Assembly: GCA_964106915.2 (NCBI GenBank)
Contig: OZ066923.1
Length of the DNA: 64,000 bases
Reading direction: 5' to 3' (one strand)
Source of the DNA: Podarcis gaigeae
Lineage: Eukaryota
Below, piece by piece: positions 51,885-64,000 of the stretch (positions within the stretch are counted from its first letter, which is position 1; the number at the start of each line of letters is the position of its first letter). The position numbers and the translations under genes were made by a program. The notes under the pieces were generated by a model, which worked only from the letters and a program-made list of their open reading frames with translations, searched no databases and had not been told where the DNA came from.

Positions 51885-52709
51885 CACCATTGCTTAGCTC
51901 TGGCCAATACAAGAAGCTCAGAGGAAACCAGAAGGGAAACCAGTAGACCAGAATCCATCAGGTGACACTCTGACCCCTATACAGACTTCAAGTCAGGCTT
52001 TATTTCTGGTATGAACAATTAGGAGATTGATGGTCAGCTTCATTTCGTTGTTGCCTTTGGGGGAAAAACAGAAGAGAAGAGAATGGCAACAAAACTGCAA
52101 TTTGTTTGTTCTGCCTGTCATTGGCTCTGTCTCCACTTACTGCTAGGCCACATTCACCCCATTCATCTAAGCGCGTGGCTTCCCCCAAAGTGTAGTTTGT
52201 TAAGGGTGTCGTGGACTGTTGCTCTGTGGTGTATGCTGTAGGTGTGACCTTGGTCTCCCTGCCCTCCACCCTACCAATCCCATTGGGCACCAGCTACCAT
52301 GAGGAGTTTTGTATCACATTAGATTTGTGTAATGACATATTTCACTCTAATGCTCCAATGCCAAACATATCTTCTCTGGAATAAGGTCTATTGGTTTTGA
52401 GTTAAACTTCAAGTAAGCGTGCTTAGGATTGCAACATCATTTTAATTTTTAGCTTGTGGTTTTGTTATCGCTGTTATGTGAAAAGGGCCTTTTCTTCAAG
52501 CAATCACATGAGTCCAGCAATGAGGGAGGATGAATTCTTTGTTGGGTGTGGGTATTTATGGTGATGACCCATTTTGGCACTGTCTGTGGTTCCTGGTTAC
52601 AGACTGCCTCCATTATTACCCTGCTACATTAGCTGAGTCATCATCTGATCTTCGCATGCCAAGTACTCTAGCTAATACACCGTGTGTTGGTACACACTAA
52701 AAACTGCAT

Positions 52710-53147
52710 TTTTCCAGCAGTGATGTATGGAAGTGAGAGCTGGATGATAAAGAAGGCTGATCGCTGAAGAATTGATGCTTTTGAATTATGGTGCTGGAGG
52801 AGACTCTTGAGAGTCCCATGGACTGCAAGAAGATCAAACCGATCCATTCTGAAGGAAATCAGCCCTGCGTACTCACTAGAAGGACAGATCATGAAGCTGA
52901 GGCTCCAATACTTTGGCCACATCATGAGAAGAGAAGACTCCCTGGAAAAGACCCTGGTGTTGGGAAAGATGAAGGGCACAAGGAGAAGGGGACGACAGAG
53001 GATGAGATGTTTGGACAGTGTTCTCGAAACTACCAGCATGAGTTTGACCAAACTGTGGGAGGCAGTGGAAGACAGGAGTACCTGGAGTGCTCTGGTCCAT
53101 GGGGTCACGAAGAGACGGACACGACTAAACGACTAAACAACAACAAA
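52710..53147 (+). mobile_element. BovB 3' fragment
   Basis: RVPWTARRSNRSILKEISP...KLRLQYFGHIMRREDSLEKT; (CAA)n tail; TSD aaaactgcat/aaagctgcat. Confidence 0.92.
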
Positions 53148-54821
53148 AAGCTGCATGCATTTAGGACAAATGTCTTATAAACAAGCATGCATGACCTTTT
53201 CCCATTCCAAAATAAGAACTGCAAGATGAGCACCATTCCAAGTACATAGGTGTTGTAAGCCATAAGCCATTCACATTTGTAAGTGCTTGGAACTACAAAG
53301 AGTTATATGAAGTGCTAAGTACACTTCATTGTTCATTGTGGGAGAATTCAAAATCTGGCCTCTTGTCTGATAAACTCGTGGTAATCATACTAACATAACA
53401 CATTCTGAATGAAGTGTTAACATATTTTGTTGGCATCTCTCTCTTTTTTCAATAAATGCGCAGAATATATAGCGGGGGAATACAATGAGGCTTGCGATCA
53501 TGCACACTTGGGAGCAAGCTCAATTAATCTGAGCGGGGCTTAGTTCTGATGTATAGGATGGAAGTGATCAACAATTGTAGAAACTGTGGGAAGATCACAA
53601 CAAGACACAGGAGGTTACGTTATATCTAGAAAGTTGGCAATTACTAGTTCAATATATTATAAGAAAGCCCTGGGAAAAGATATCTGCTCTGAACAAATGG
53701 GATTGTGGCAAGATTTTTACATGGCAAAGTTCCTAGCATTTCACTAACAGTTCACTTTCATGCTTTATGTAATCTTTCATACAATGTAAGGGCCAATTCT
53801 GGAAATCTAATGGAATCTGATGGAAGCTTAGCATTCATTTCCATGATAATTTTTCCCCAGGAAAAAAATGCAACCTCGTTAACTCAGAAAATAACGAGAG
53901 TTTTACATTGTCATTTCCCCATGGTTTTCACAATCATGCGACCACCGTTTAAAATTTAGCATGGCATGGTAGGATGTCAATTGAAAAAGCCATAGTTCTA
54001 TAATGCAACAGTTATTCCAGTGTAAGAGGAGTGTTAAAAATCAGGACATTTTAAGTAGTGAAACTAATGCAATGAACCGCTCATCTGAATGCAACCTTGG
54101 AGAATTGGATCTGAACATGATAGGCAGCTGAGTAAATTGCTAACTCACCTTGGCCATGTCACGTTCTTGCAGTATTAGTTCCTTATCCAAAACATGGGGA
54201 GAATAATAAGCTCTCAATTAAGTTTTGAGGACAAGCAAACTCATATTGTACATTTCTGTCCCGTCCCCTCCTTTGTAGCACTGATACTATGGAACCCCTT
54301 TCTAATGGAACTTCATCCCTTTCTATGGAACAGAAGGATTTATGTTGGAGGAAGCTCCTATAGGGAGCCTTCGGATCCATCCAGTGCATAGTTTTCTCAG
54401 CAAATATAGAAGATCTAAGTGCATCGTTTACCTTACATTTTGTTCTACCCGGTAACCTTTGTGGTTTAGACATGAGTTCTCCTTGGTGATTATAACACAT
54501 TGCAAACCTTATATCTCAGGGAAAGAATGTGCGGCATGCTCAGTGCTGAAAAGAAGACAAAAACAGGCTTGCTTTCTCATGCGATAGAGTTCAGGTCTAG
54601 GCTACTTGGGAATCTTGAGGAATGAGTTGTGTTGTGATGTTGTGACAGTCTGAAGGAGGTGCTGAAGGGAAGGGCCGTGTCACACCGGTCTGCCTTCTGA
54701 AATTGTAATGCGAGTCAGGTAAGTGGTATCTGCAACAGAATGTTGCAATATAGACTGCTCCAATTCAGGGTTCCAGCTGGCCAGCCAGTCAGCCATGCTG
54801 TTTTCCATGATACTCCATTTA

Positions 54822-54822
<1 letters not shown>

Positions 54823-54870
<48 letters not shown>

Positions 54871-54871
54871 C
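54823..54871. repeat. (CA)n microsatellite
   Basis: Direct reading. Confidence 0.95.
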
Positions 54872-55050
54872 CATTTTCATTTCAACCTTCTTTTAGCAAT
54901 TAATCTGCAGTGAAGTTCCAGCAGTTACTGAAGACTTTTTTTTTAAACTCCAGCAGACTTTAAAATTGAATTCTGATTTTATTAGCTCCCTTTTAGTGGT
55001 GAAGGAGGGAGTAGTTGGCAACCAGAGCAACTGTGAGACAGTGTGTAGAG

Positions 55051-55445
55051 CAGTGGTGGAGAACCTCCAGCCTGCAGGCAAAATTTGGACCGGCCTGCTT
55101 CCTAAGTTCTCCTGCATGGCCCAACACAATGCCCACCTGGCCCTCACCAGGTGTGTTATGTGACATCAGGTGTGGAGCAGGTAGAGATTCAGCTAGATCA
55201 GCTCCATGGGGAGTCTGATCCATTAGTCAATCCCTGCAGATAGTGGGTTTCAAGGATGCCAATCTATGGTGCTTCAGAGCACTGTACAGCCCTCCTTGCC
55301 AGCCTCATGTGATGCTTTGATCACCCGATGACGTTGTGACGTCATGTGATTGGCCGGTGAGCCCAACTGCCTGTTAAATTTGGCCTGTGAGGAATAGGGA
55401 AGATAAGGATTTGGCCCACTAGCCTGATCAGGTTCCCTATATCTG
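55051..55445. mobile_element. hAT-Charlie-like non-autonomous element
   Basis: CAGTGGTGGAGAACCT / AGGTTCCCTATATCTG ends; TSD gtgtagag/atgtagac. Confidence 0.65.
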
Positions 55446-56576
55446 ATGTAGACTAATATGTAAATATGGAAGGGCTGGAATGCTAAGACAGACATGATGA
55501 AGCCAGGTTCATAGTTAAATGAGCTTGTTATGTGGGTCCTCTTTTAATATGACTTCTGTCTCCAGCTGACATTAAACACCTGATTATCTTTCTCATCAAA
55601 ACCACTAGTTCCTGTACAATGCATGTGACCTAGGTGCATTCACCTGGCAATAAGTTCAATTCATTTTGTCTCACCTCCAACTTGTTGCAAGTAAATACAG
55701 ATAGGATCACCCTGTGAATTTGATGAGATTGTAGATGTTGTTAATCATAGACTATACCAAAATGCCTTTAATTAATATTACTTTTTTATATACAGCTACC
55801 TACAGGAGCTTGAGAGAGTTCCGGGAAGCAGAATGACAAGACAAAGTGTTACGAGAAGAATTGCAAATGCAGAAAAACTTTCTTTTGTTCCTAATAACTT
55901 GACTGTTTATTGAAGATGGACTGTGAAAAGAAATTCTCAAAAATAATTTGTATTTATTGATTCAAAACCCCTTGGATCCTCCCAAGTGTGTTTAAACATT
56001 CATAACTCAGTGTAATCCATTCCCACATAACTGCTTTGAGGCTCTCCCATTTCATGCCAGAAATTAGAAGGACAACTTCTGTGGACTCTGATCAGACAAA
56101 TAATGACAATACCTTATTATTGTAAACTGAGAATGCTTTTGTGAATCCATCATGCAGCTGTCTTTCACATTAAACCGAAGCATGGACTGCCAGTGTGCCG
56201 GGATTATCTTTTGGTCACCAGAGAGAAGTTGGTGGCGTTGCTTTCATTCATATATTTTACCTCAGGACAATGAAATAGCCAAAAACTCTTACTGGGCTCC
56301 TCCGGAAAACCTCTTTATTTAGTGTTCATCCTGATTTGCTTGCACCATGCAAGGAAAATATTTGAGCAAAACCAATACCATTCTGCTGCAAATAGGATAT
56401 TATTTGTCAAATATTATTTGACAAGAATCTCTGCTACATGATGGTCTCCAGCTCCTGCCTTGGATTCCTAACTAGACTCCAGAGCTGTGTGTGTGCTGCA
56501 ACTTGTGGCTCTGGTTCTTGTGACACTTAACTGGTAGCTCTGGTCCTACCCTCAGAGAGCCTCTGCAAGTCAATGT

Positions 56577-56822
56577 TGTTATGTACTGAAGTTCTCACCT
56601 GGGACCAGCAGGGGGATACTGTAGATAGTTATGCAAATGAAGGATCAAAAGTGACGTTCAGTGATTGGATAGTTTTAGAAAATGGCAACAGATACATTGT
56701 TCTGGAGCTCTATATAAGCAGGCTGACTGAGCTCCTCAGTTCAGTTATGTTCCAGCTTACAAATAAAGAGCTGTTTTGGAAGAATCGCTGTGTCGTCTGA
56801 TATGTTCGCCCACAACTTAATA
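56577..56822 (+). mobile_element. Solo LTR (family A)
   Basis: TGTTA...TAATA ends (CA>TA), 5-bp TSD aatgt, TATA and AATAAA; homologous to 20024-20287. Confidence 0.88.
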
Positions 56823-58602
56823 AATGTAGGCAGTACTGAGCTAAATGACCCATTGGTCTGACTCAGTTTAAGGCGGCTTCCTATGTTTCTATTGTTACAA
56901 AAGTTGGGTGCCTCCCCCTCTCTCTGCCAAGTGGTGGCAAAAGCCCATAGAGTTCCAGGCACTCACCCAGGGTCTGTGTTCCTTAGGAGAATTGAGGCAT
57001 GACTGAGACTGTTGTAACTTTAATAAATATGGTTTAATCACCTATTTGCACATTTAGTCTGCATGAAGAGAGTCCAGATCTTACAGCACGATCATTTCAA
57101 TAGGAGCTTGTCCCCCACAAGCAGGGCAGCCATGGAGTCCAAGGCATCTCTCCTAGCCAGCCTTCAGCCAGCCTGCCCAAGATGGAACCTGTTTCTTCTT
57201 CCCCTTTTTCTTCCCAGCAACTCTTGCTCGAGACTCCCCTTTCCTGTCATCTCAAACCCAGTTACCCTGGGAACCTCCCAAAATTCCCCGTCTCTGTTCA
57301 CACCTCCGGTGGTGGGAAGGATAGTTCTCTTGCCTTGCCAATGGCCCCCAGTATTGCTTTTTAATGGCCCGAGCTTGGCTAGGTTGTTTTGTATAGACTA
57401 GCCTAGGAATTCCTCCGCAGCTTGTATTTCTACCTTCACATCCCAAATAATCAAAATCTTACCATTTATTCTTTTTTTAGGTTTAAGGGCCACCCCCCCC
57501 CCCAAAAAAAAAACAAATCTACATGGAAAGTCACTAGCTAAAGCCATTTCTGTCTCATAGGAAGGAATACCAGTGATATATCCATAACACCCCACTAGAA
57601 CTAAACAAAAATTAATGAAGTCTTGAGCATGGAGGGTTTCTGGATTGCATTGTTTCCTGATTTCTCGTTGTCTGTTTGCTTTATCTGTGGAAGTGGGGCC
57701 ACAGCTGATAAAGTAGCAGTTCATAGTACTCCAAAGAACCAAGCACATTGTCTATCTGCCAGTCCTTTGCACTAGTATCTTATGCTCAAGTTGACACTAA
57801 TGGCTTTCCTAGACCGGAGCCATATGAAGTCTTAGAGGCCTTGCCAGTTTTCTTTTATATCATGTTTCTCTAGCATTGCTATAGCAGCGCTCCTATAGAG
57901 CACTAATGTGATGCAGATATATAGTAGGCTTTTAGCAAAAAGAGATATGAGAGTAGAAATGGAGTCGGGTCTTCAAAGATGTCTGTTCTCTGTCCAAATG
58001 TACTCAGTTCCCAGAATAATTCAGCGTGTGTTAGCTTTATGGCCAAAAAATGTCTAGTCTAGAGATGCGCGAGGAATTGGATTTCTGTCAGCTGACATGT
58101 TCCACACCTCCTAAACTAATGTGCAAATAAAAAGGTAATTATATTTCAGATTTTGCACTTCTCTGGATTTGGCAGTGCTGTTCTCGACTCAGGAAACTTA
58201 CCCAAACCTTTAAAAGCGCCTATTTCAGAGTAAAATGCATTTAGAAATTCTTGCATCGAGCTAGAATACCATTTAAATACATGTTTAAATAAGAAATTTC
58301 ATGTGCCTAAACAGGACAGACCAAACTTACGAATGAACAGATGTGAAACCAATGTGGACTAGGAGTAGAATGATAACCCCTAGTCTAGATGAACAAAGAC
58401 AGAGGGAGTGCCATATTTCAATAACCATATTTTTAAGAAGCCGCTGTTTGCATTGAAGTGCATGGGAAATGCAGTAACCTTTCTCACTTGAAGTTTTGTG
58501 CAGAAAAACCATCCTAATTCATCCATGTAGCAAACACACTACATTTTTGGGCTGGGGAGAGTCGAATATTGGAATTCTAACACTAACAAACCACGCCCCC
58601 AT

Positions 58603-58800
58603 CTGTACTATACACTCACCCCAAGAATCCTGAGAATTGTAGTTTGCTAAGAGTCTACCCTGAGATTCCTGCATCACAGGGGGGGGGGTGGACTGCAGCT
58701 CGGGGGGTGGGGAGGGATAGAGGTCTCTCAGCAACTTTCAGTACCCTTAACAAATCACAGTTCCCAAGATTCTTTGGGGGCAGAGCTTTAAATGCACAGT
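58603..58800. mobile_element. Squamate palindromic MITE family copy
   Basis: ccccaagaatcc...tgtagtttgctaagag / cccttaacaaatcacagttcccaagattctttgggg. Confidence 0.6.
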
Positions 58801-58884
58801 GCCAATTACCCTCTGCTCCCTCCCCTCACAGTAATGTCCAATCATTGGAAGATGTTCTTCTTGCTCTTCTTCTTTGTAATCTTT

Positions 58885-59352
58885 TGTGGTGTTCGTACGG
58901 AGCCCCCAGTCGTCTCACGGACTATTGACCCGTACACCACTAATCCGCTGCCACCAACCAGGTTCTCCCCAGTAAATCACTTAGTCTCAGTCAGGATCTC
59001 AAGTTAACAATGAGGAGTGTCGTTTATTGCAAACACAAATAAACTTTAAATGCATTTGAAATGCTGTTTCCCTTTACCCTCTTAGTCTTATTTTATCCTG
59101 TCTCTAACTCTTCTACCTTCCCTCACACAAGAACCAACTGCACTAACTGTCTCTCTGTTTCCATCTGCCTGCCAACTGCTTTTCCAACTGCCTTTTCCCA
59201 ACCAACCAACAACAACTAACAGCTAACTAAACCTCAGGCTAAGTTCTTTTTATAAACAGGTAGGCTCAGCCTCTGGCTTTTCTATTGGTCTACCTATTAA
59301 CTCTTTCTCTCCCCCTGTACAGACATTTCCAAAAGAACGGGCAAACGCCACA
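58885..59352 (-). mobile_element. Solo LTR (family B)
   Basis: Inverted termini TGTGGTGTTCG / CAAACGCCACA; minus-strand CCAAT, TATAAAA and AATAAA in order; flanks tcttt/tctcc. Confidence 0.7.
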
Positions 59353-59465
59353 TCTCCTTTAATTAGTCATTTATTTATTATTTTGAAAAAGAAATAAACC
59401 TGGCCTCCTCTTACACAAACCTCTCTCCTCCATTGAATATCATCAAAATCTCACATTACATACTG

Positions 59466-59889
59466 CAGAGGTGGAGAACCTTTTTCAGCCTGAGGTCTGC
59501 GTTACCCCATGGCCAACCTTCAGAGGATCACCCCAGGCAAAAGTGGGCAATCGATGTGACCAGAGCTATTTTCTATAGAACAAGAGGTGCCGGAACTCAC
59601 CATGAACACCTCCTTTTGTTCTCTAATAATGGCAACGGAGCCCACCTAAGCAGTTCCGGCTGGGGGAAAATAAAAGCCCTGGATGTGACTCTTCCCTTTG
59701 TACGGTTGTCTACATTTGAGCCACACAAAGTCAGAGGTCTTTCTGTCTATCTAACACATACCTACATCCAAGCAAGCAAGAGGCATTACCAGACAAACAA
59801 CAGCACTCTAGAAAGGGGTGGAGCAGGAGAGATAAGGTCTGTGGCCTGAGGAGAGTCCTGAGATCTAGAGAGGCTGTCCTCCACCCCTG
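59466..59889. mobile_element. hAT-Charlie-like element hosting a nested MITE
   Basis: CAGAGGTGGAG / CTCCACCCCTG ends. Confidence 0.55.
59561..59681 (-). mobile_element. hAT MITE (CAGGGCTTTT family)
   Basis: Perfect 8-bp TSD gatgtgac; reverse copy of the 45859 and 62187 elements. Confidence 0.85.
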
Positions 59890-60984
59890 CTGTAGCTCCT
59901 TATAGGGCTAAAATGTGTTTGGGGCACACTTACCATCACCTGGATGTGCCTCTAGCAATGCTGCGTGCTGGGATGCTTGAACTCAAACCAGAATTTTGCG
60001 TTCTTGGCAGTAGCTAGTTCCACCATCTCAACTAAAAGATTTATAACAAGAGCGCTTTAATGTATATCAATCAGCATGCCGTTCTCCAACGAAGACAGAT
60101 GGATTTGAGCCACTCTGTGAAGTCAGCTTATATTCACTGTACTTATAATTAAAAACAGTACATTATTTATTTTCTGGCCTAAAGTGGATTAAATATTACA
60201 GTGACTTCCACAAAGGTTGAGGATGATTTTTCAACAATGTATTAAGTGAGATGACAGAAGGAGAAAAGCCGTATGCGACGGGCTCGCTTCTCGGAATTTC
60301 TCTGGGCCTTGGGAATAAAAGCCCTCAAGCAGATTTAGCAGTTGAGTGGCTGCTAAGAGCTACAACGTCCTTGAAAACGTTTCCACTTTAATTTAACACC
60401 AAGCATAGCACGTATGGCACGCTGAGATCCTGTACAGCTCTAAAAACATAGAGAATATTCTAACAGCCTTTAGTTCAATGATATGGCCCCTGATGGAGGC
60501 CAGGAAGGGATCTTACATTCTTTATGCCAAGAGAAAGAACAGCTATGAAACACCCATGCAAATGTCATCTGCTCTCCACGTTCAGCTTGAAAGCAAACAA
60601 AAGTACAAGGTAATGTGCAGGGATGACGGGCTTGAAATATTTCACACATTTGAAGACAGCCAGTGATGGGAAGATTGGAAAAGCAAGCTGCGGTGAGTCT
60701 TTCCTCATGGTTACTGTGTGCAGGAGCCAGGCCCTGTGACGGGTATGGCTTCGCAGGACTGGGGCCTTCCTAAGTTTGTTCTCAAGAGGCAAGGCGCGGC
60801 CACACAGGTGAGGCTGCTTGGTAACTCACAGTACCTGGTGGCAAGAGCCGGGAAGGGATAGAAGGTCAGCATTTCCCTTTGGCTCTTTGCCACAGCAAGA
60901 CACTTCCTGCCTTGTGGCTTTGGGCTTCTTGACTCCTTGCTTCCTGATCCTCAGACCCTTGGCTTCTTGACTCCTGGCTCTCTA

Positions 60985-61038
60985 CAGTGGTACCTCATGT
61001 TACATACGCTTCAGGTTCCATACGCTTCAAGTTACAGA
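60985..61038 (+). mobile_element. Start of a left-end fragment of the Tigger-like MITE (similarity continues to ~61057)
   Basis: TA+CAGTGGTACCTC...gttacagactccactaacccagaaata, as in the 23209 element. Confidence 0.8.
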
Positions 61039-61142
61039 CTCCACTAACCCAGAAATAATGGATGTTCCCAAGTTTTTTATATCCACCAAAGTACATATAC
61101 TTTGCTGTGAGTTGGTACCCACCCATATGTTATTTACATGTA

Positions 61143-61375
61143 CAGTGGTACCTCAGGTTACATACACTTCAGGTTACATACGCTTTAGGTTACAGACTCT
61201 GCTAACCCAGAAATAGTGCTTCAGGTTAAGAACTTTGCTTCAAGATGAGAACAGAAATTGTGCTCTGGCAGCGCGGCGGCAGCAGGAGGCCCCATTAGCT
61301 AAAGTGGTGCTTCAGTTAAGAACAGTTTTGGGTTAAGAACGGAACAAATTAAGTACTTAACCCAAGGTACCACTG
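61143..61375. mobile_element. Tigger-like MITE
   Basis: TIRs CAGTGGTACCTC / AAGGTACCACTG, TA TSD; same family as 23209-23450. Confidence 0.9.
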
Positions 61376-61484
61376 TACTGGCTTCTGGACTCTCGTTCCT
61401 TTTCCCACCCCGCCATTCTTCACCCGGTCCTGATGTCCTCTGCCAGGACTTTGACCGCCCATAAACCGGACCGTGACAGCTACT

Positions 61485-61692
61485 AAGCCTGATGGCTATG
61501 TTCTGTCACCATTGTTGAAGGCAGCATGTTTTTGAATACCAGCTGCTGAAAACCATGGGAGGGGAGAGAGCTCTTGGGTTCAGGTTCTATTTGCAGGCTT
61601 CGCATGGCCATCTGGTTGGCCACTGTGAGAACAGACACTGGTAAGATGGACCACTGACCTGATCCAGCAGGGACCCTTCTTATATTCTTATG
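61485..61692 (+). mobile_element. CR1-type 3' end
   Basis: atctggttggccactgtgagaacag...gatggaccactgacctgatccagcaggg...cttatattcttatg tail. Confidence 0.6.
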
Positions 61693-62186
61693 TTTGCCCA
61701 ACAACCAACACCAAGTGTGATCCATGGAAACTGCATTCATTTGCAATTGGCTGGTTAAACGCTAAGCTGGCTTAAAGAAGCTATACCACCACTGTTCATT
61801 GACACTACCTCTGTAGTTACTAACGAGGCAATTATGGGTTGTATCCAATGCTCTCCATACTCAGAGTGGACCCGTTGAAATTAATAGCCACAACTAACTT
61901 CTTTCTTTTTCTTTTGCAGCAGCTCACATCCATCTTTGGAAATAGTACAGGCTTCTTCAGGTTCTCTCCATCATTTTCTGTTGTTTGCTTCTTGTATCCA
62001 CAGAATAAGCCTTGTTGTTAGCTTTAGATCTTCCACCCACCACATAGGCAGTCATCCCCTTGGTATTTTGAATTTGTAGGTTCTTCATACTAGCGGTGCT
62101 TTGGCCCATTGGTTTGATGGTTTGATGGATAAGTTTGGATACAAACTTATCTCTGCAAATGTGGCTGCCATCTTTACAACTCTATG

Positions 62187-62321
62187 CAGGGCTTTTTTTC
62201 AGCCAGAACTCCCTGGATCTTAGCTCCAGCACCTCTCAGGTGGGTGCCATTGCCATTATAAGAGAACAAGAGAGGGTTCAAGGTGAGTTTTGGTACCTCT
62301 TTTTCTAGAAAAATAGCACTG
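62187..62321 (+). mobile_element. hAT MITE (CAGGGCTTTTT family)
   Basis: TSD actctatg/actctgtc; TIRs as at 45859. Confidence 0.8.
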
Positions 62322-62808
62322 ACTCTGTCCCCAACTACTGCTACATGAGGGTGTTCAGGACACCACAGCTTTAGTAGGTTGTGCAGACTCAAAACTGGGC
62401 TCTTGAGAGGCAAATAATGCCTAAGTTTTTGTCTACAGTGGTGGACAACCTTTTTTCTGTTGAGATAATCTGTTCGGCGATCTGTGCTGGCAGCCAATAG
62501 TGGGCAGCACCAGAGCACAAAGTAGACAGGGCAACTCTTCTCTCTTCTTTTTGTCCCCCTTTCCTTTCTCTCTCCGAATCTTTCTGTGGCCAACCAATTC
62601 ATGAAGTGACTCATGAATTTATATTAGCACACATTTTTATAATTTGCATAAATTTTATGCAAATCAGTATGTCATTATTCTTTGTTATTATTATTCATTT
62701 CATTTCCTGGTGATACATAAATGGTCACCTCTGGAAGGAAGCTCAAGTAGAAGCAGTGATGCCCTTCATATAAACAATTGGTAATTTGTCCTGCTTTAGT
62801 ACTATGCT

Positions 62809-63040
62809 ATTTTATTTATTTATTTTTATGTTTATATCCCACTCTTTTCTCCAAGGAGTTCAAGGTGGCCCACATAGTTCCCTGCCTCCCAATGTTATCT
62901 TCAAAACAACTCTCTGAGGTGGGTTAGGCTGAGAGTGTGTGACTGGCTTCAAGGTCAGCTCTGAGTTGCATAGCTAAGTGGGGATTTGAACCCTGGTCTC
63001 CCAGGCCTTAGTCCAACACTCTAACCACTGCACCACACTG
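62809..63040 (-). mobile_element. CORE/MIR-like squamate SINE (Squam3-like)
   Basis: Minus strand A box (cagtgtggtgcagtggtt), B box GGTTCAAATCC, CORE-like segment, (TAAA)n tail. Confidence 0.75.
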
Positions 63041-64000
63041 ATTTGTCTTATATAAACTATATAAAAATAGAATAGAATGCAGTCATAATGTGGATATAAT
63101 TACATGTCATGTTTATTCAATTTTGGGCAGAATGAGAAATTTGATAAAGGGATGGGATGCAGGACATAGATTAGTGGTGGGGCCTTTTTAATAAAACACA
63201 GAAGTTCAGAACAATATTCTGATGCTCTGGAAGAAGGTTAGGCAAGTGTCTGTTCCAAGACATGTCATCCGGCAAATGTGGGTCAAGGCTTCTACCAAAG
63301 GTGTCAGAGCAGCATTGTTCAGAAAACAGATTCAAGGAGAGGTCATGATAATTCTTCAAGTGTGCATAAGACTGCCATAAAGTTGATGAAGACAATAGCT
63401 ACTGGTGACCAGTGAAGCCAAGATAAGAAACAATGGGGTTTAATTGCGGGATACTAAATTTAGGTTAAATATTACATCAAGCCTTCTAACAGGAAGGCGT
63501 AAGCAATAAAGCAAGTTGTTGTTTTTAAAGAAGGAGTGGTAATCTCTTGCATGGGTGCTCTAAATAAGAAGGAGCTGAATAAACAAGATAGCAGGCAAGT
63601 ACAAGATGACTAGAAAATGCATTGCAGAAATGGAGTTAATGAACTGTTATTCTGCCATGGGCCAGATCCTACCTGCAAAGGCAGAACTGTGCATAAATTT
63701 CAGGCAAAACATGCAATGCCGTCAATGGAGGTTTCCTGTGGAGAGATTCAAACTACCGGATTAGCAGTGGTATAAAACACTGTAAGTTTACACTGAGGAG
63801 ACCATAACCCAGCTTTTCTTTTTCTTTTAGCAAGTTTTATATACTGCTTTATCTATCAATCAATCAATCTCTAAGTGGTTTACAAATTAGTATAAAGTGG
63901 TCATTAGAACAGTTATGAAAAACAAACTTCAAAACTGCTTAGGCCAACAAACTGATGAACACAAATGGAGCTCTATATGGTCTAAACTTCCCCTGCATAA

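Larger units (their letters stand above)
60735..61478 (+). mobile_element. Probable Gypsy-type solo LTR interrupted by MITEs
   Basis: TGTGACGG...CCGTGACA ends; ggcttcttgactc repeats continue on both sides of the insertion. Confidence 0.6.

Noticed and set aside
55775-55912. Acceptor-like site followed by purine-rich sequence
   Set aside because: Stops in all frames within a short distance, no good donor, no recognisable peptide
56404-56424. 10-bp-arm palindrome ttgtcaaata-t-tatttgacaa
   Set aside because: AT-rich and short; no supporting context

Overview
Repeat-rich, non-coding vertebrate DNA, almost certainly from a squamate reptile and probably a lacertid lizard, judged by the many Sauria SINE copies with (ACCTTT)n tails and the squamate-type BovB, CR1, L2 and L1 fragments. 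No protein-coding exon could be assigned to a known gene. The supplied ORFs are chance ORFs, microsatellite translations or decayed retroelement pieces, so the window looks like a large intron or intergenic region. Contents: 9 Sauria SINEs, 6 BovB (RTE) fragments, a second RTE family with a C-terminal C2H2 finger, L1/L2/CR1 remnants, several solo LTRs, hAT and Tc1/mariner-pogo MITEs with recognisable TSDs, microsatellites and a 187-N assembly gap. Highlights: a TSD-flanked fold-back Penelope-type insertion carrying minimal hammerhead ribozyme motifs on both strands plus two truncated tandem cores (26721-27022), a tailless 7SK retropseudogene (5575-5689), a two-copy solo-LTR family with an octamer-CRE-CCAAT-TATA promoter, a composite MITE nested in an LTR, three microexon candidates and several repeat-free candidate conserved non-coding blocks. 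Family names come from recognition by eye, not from a database search.
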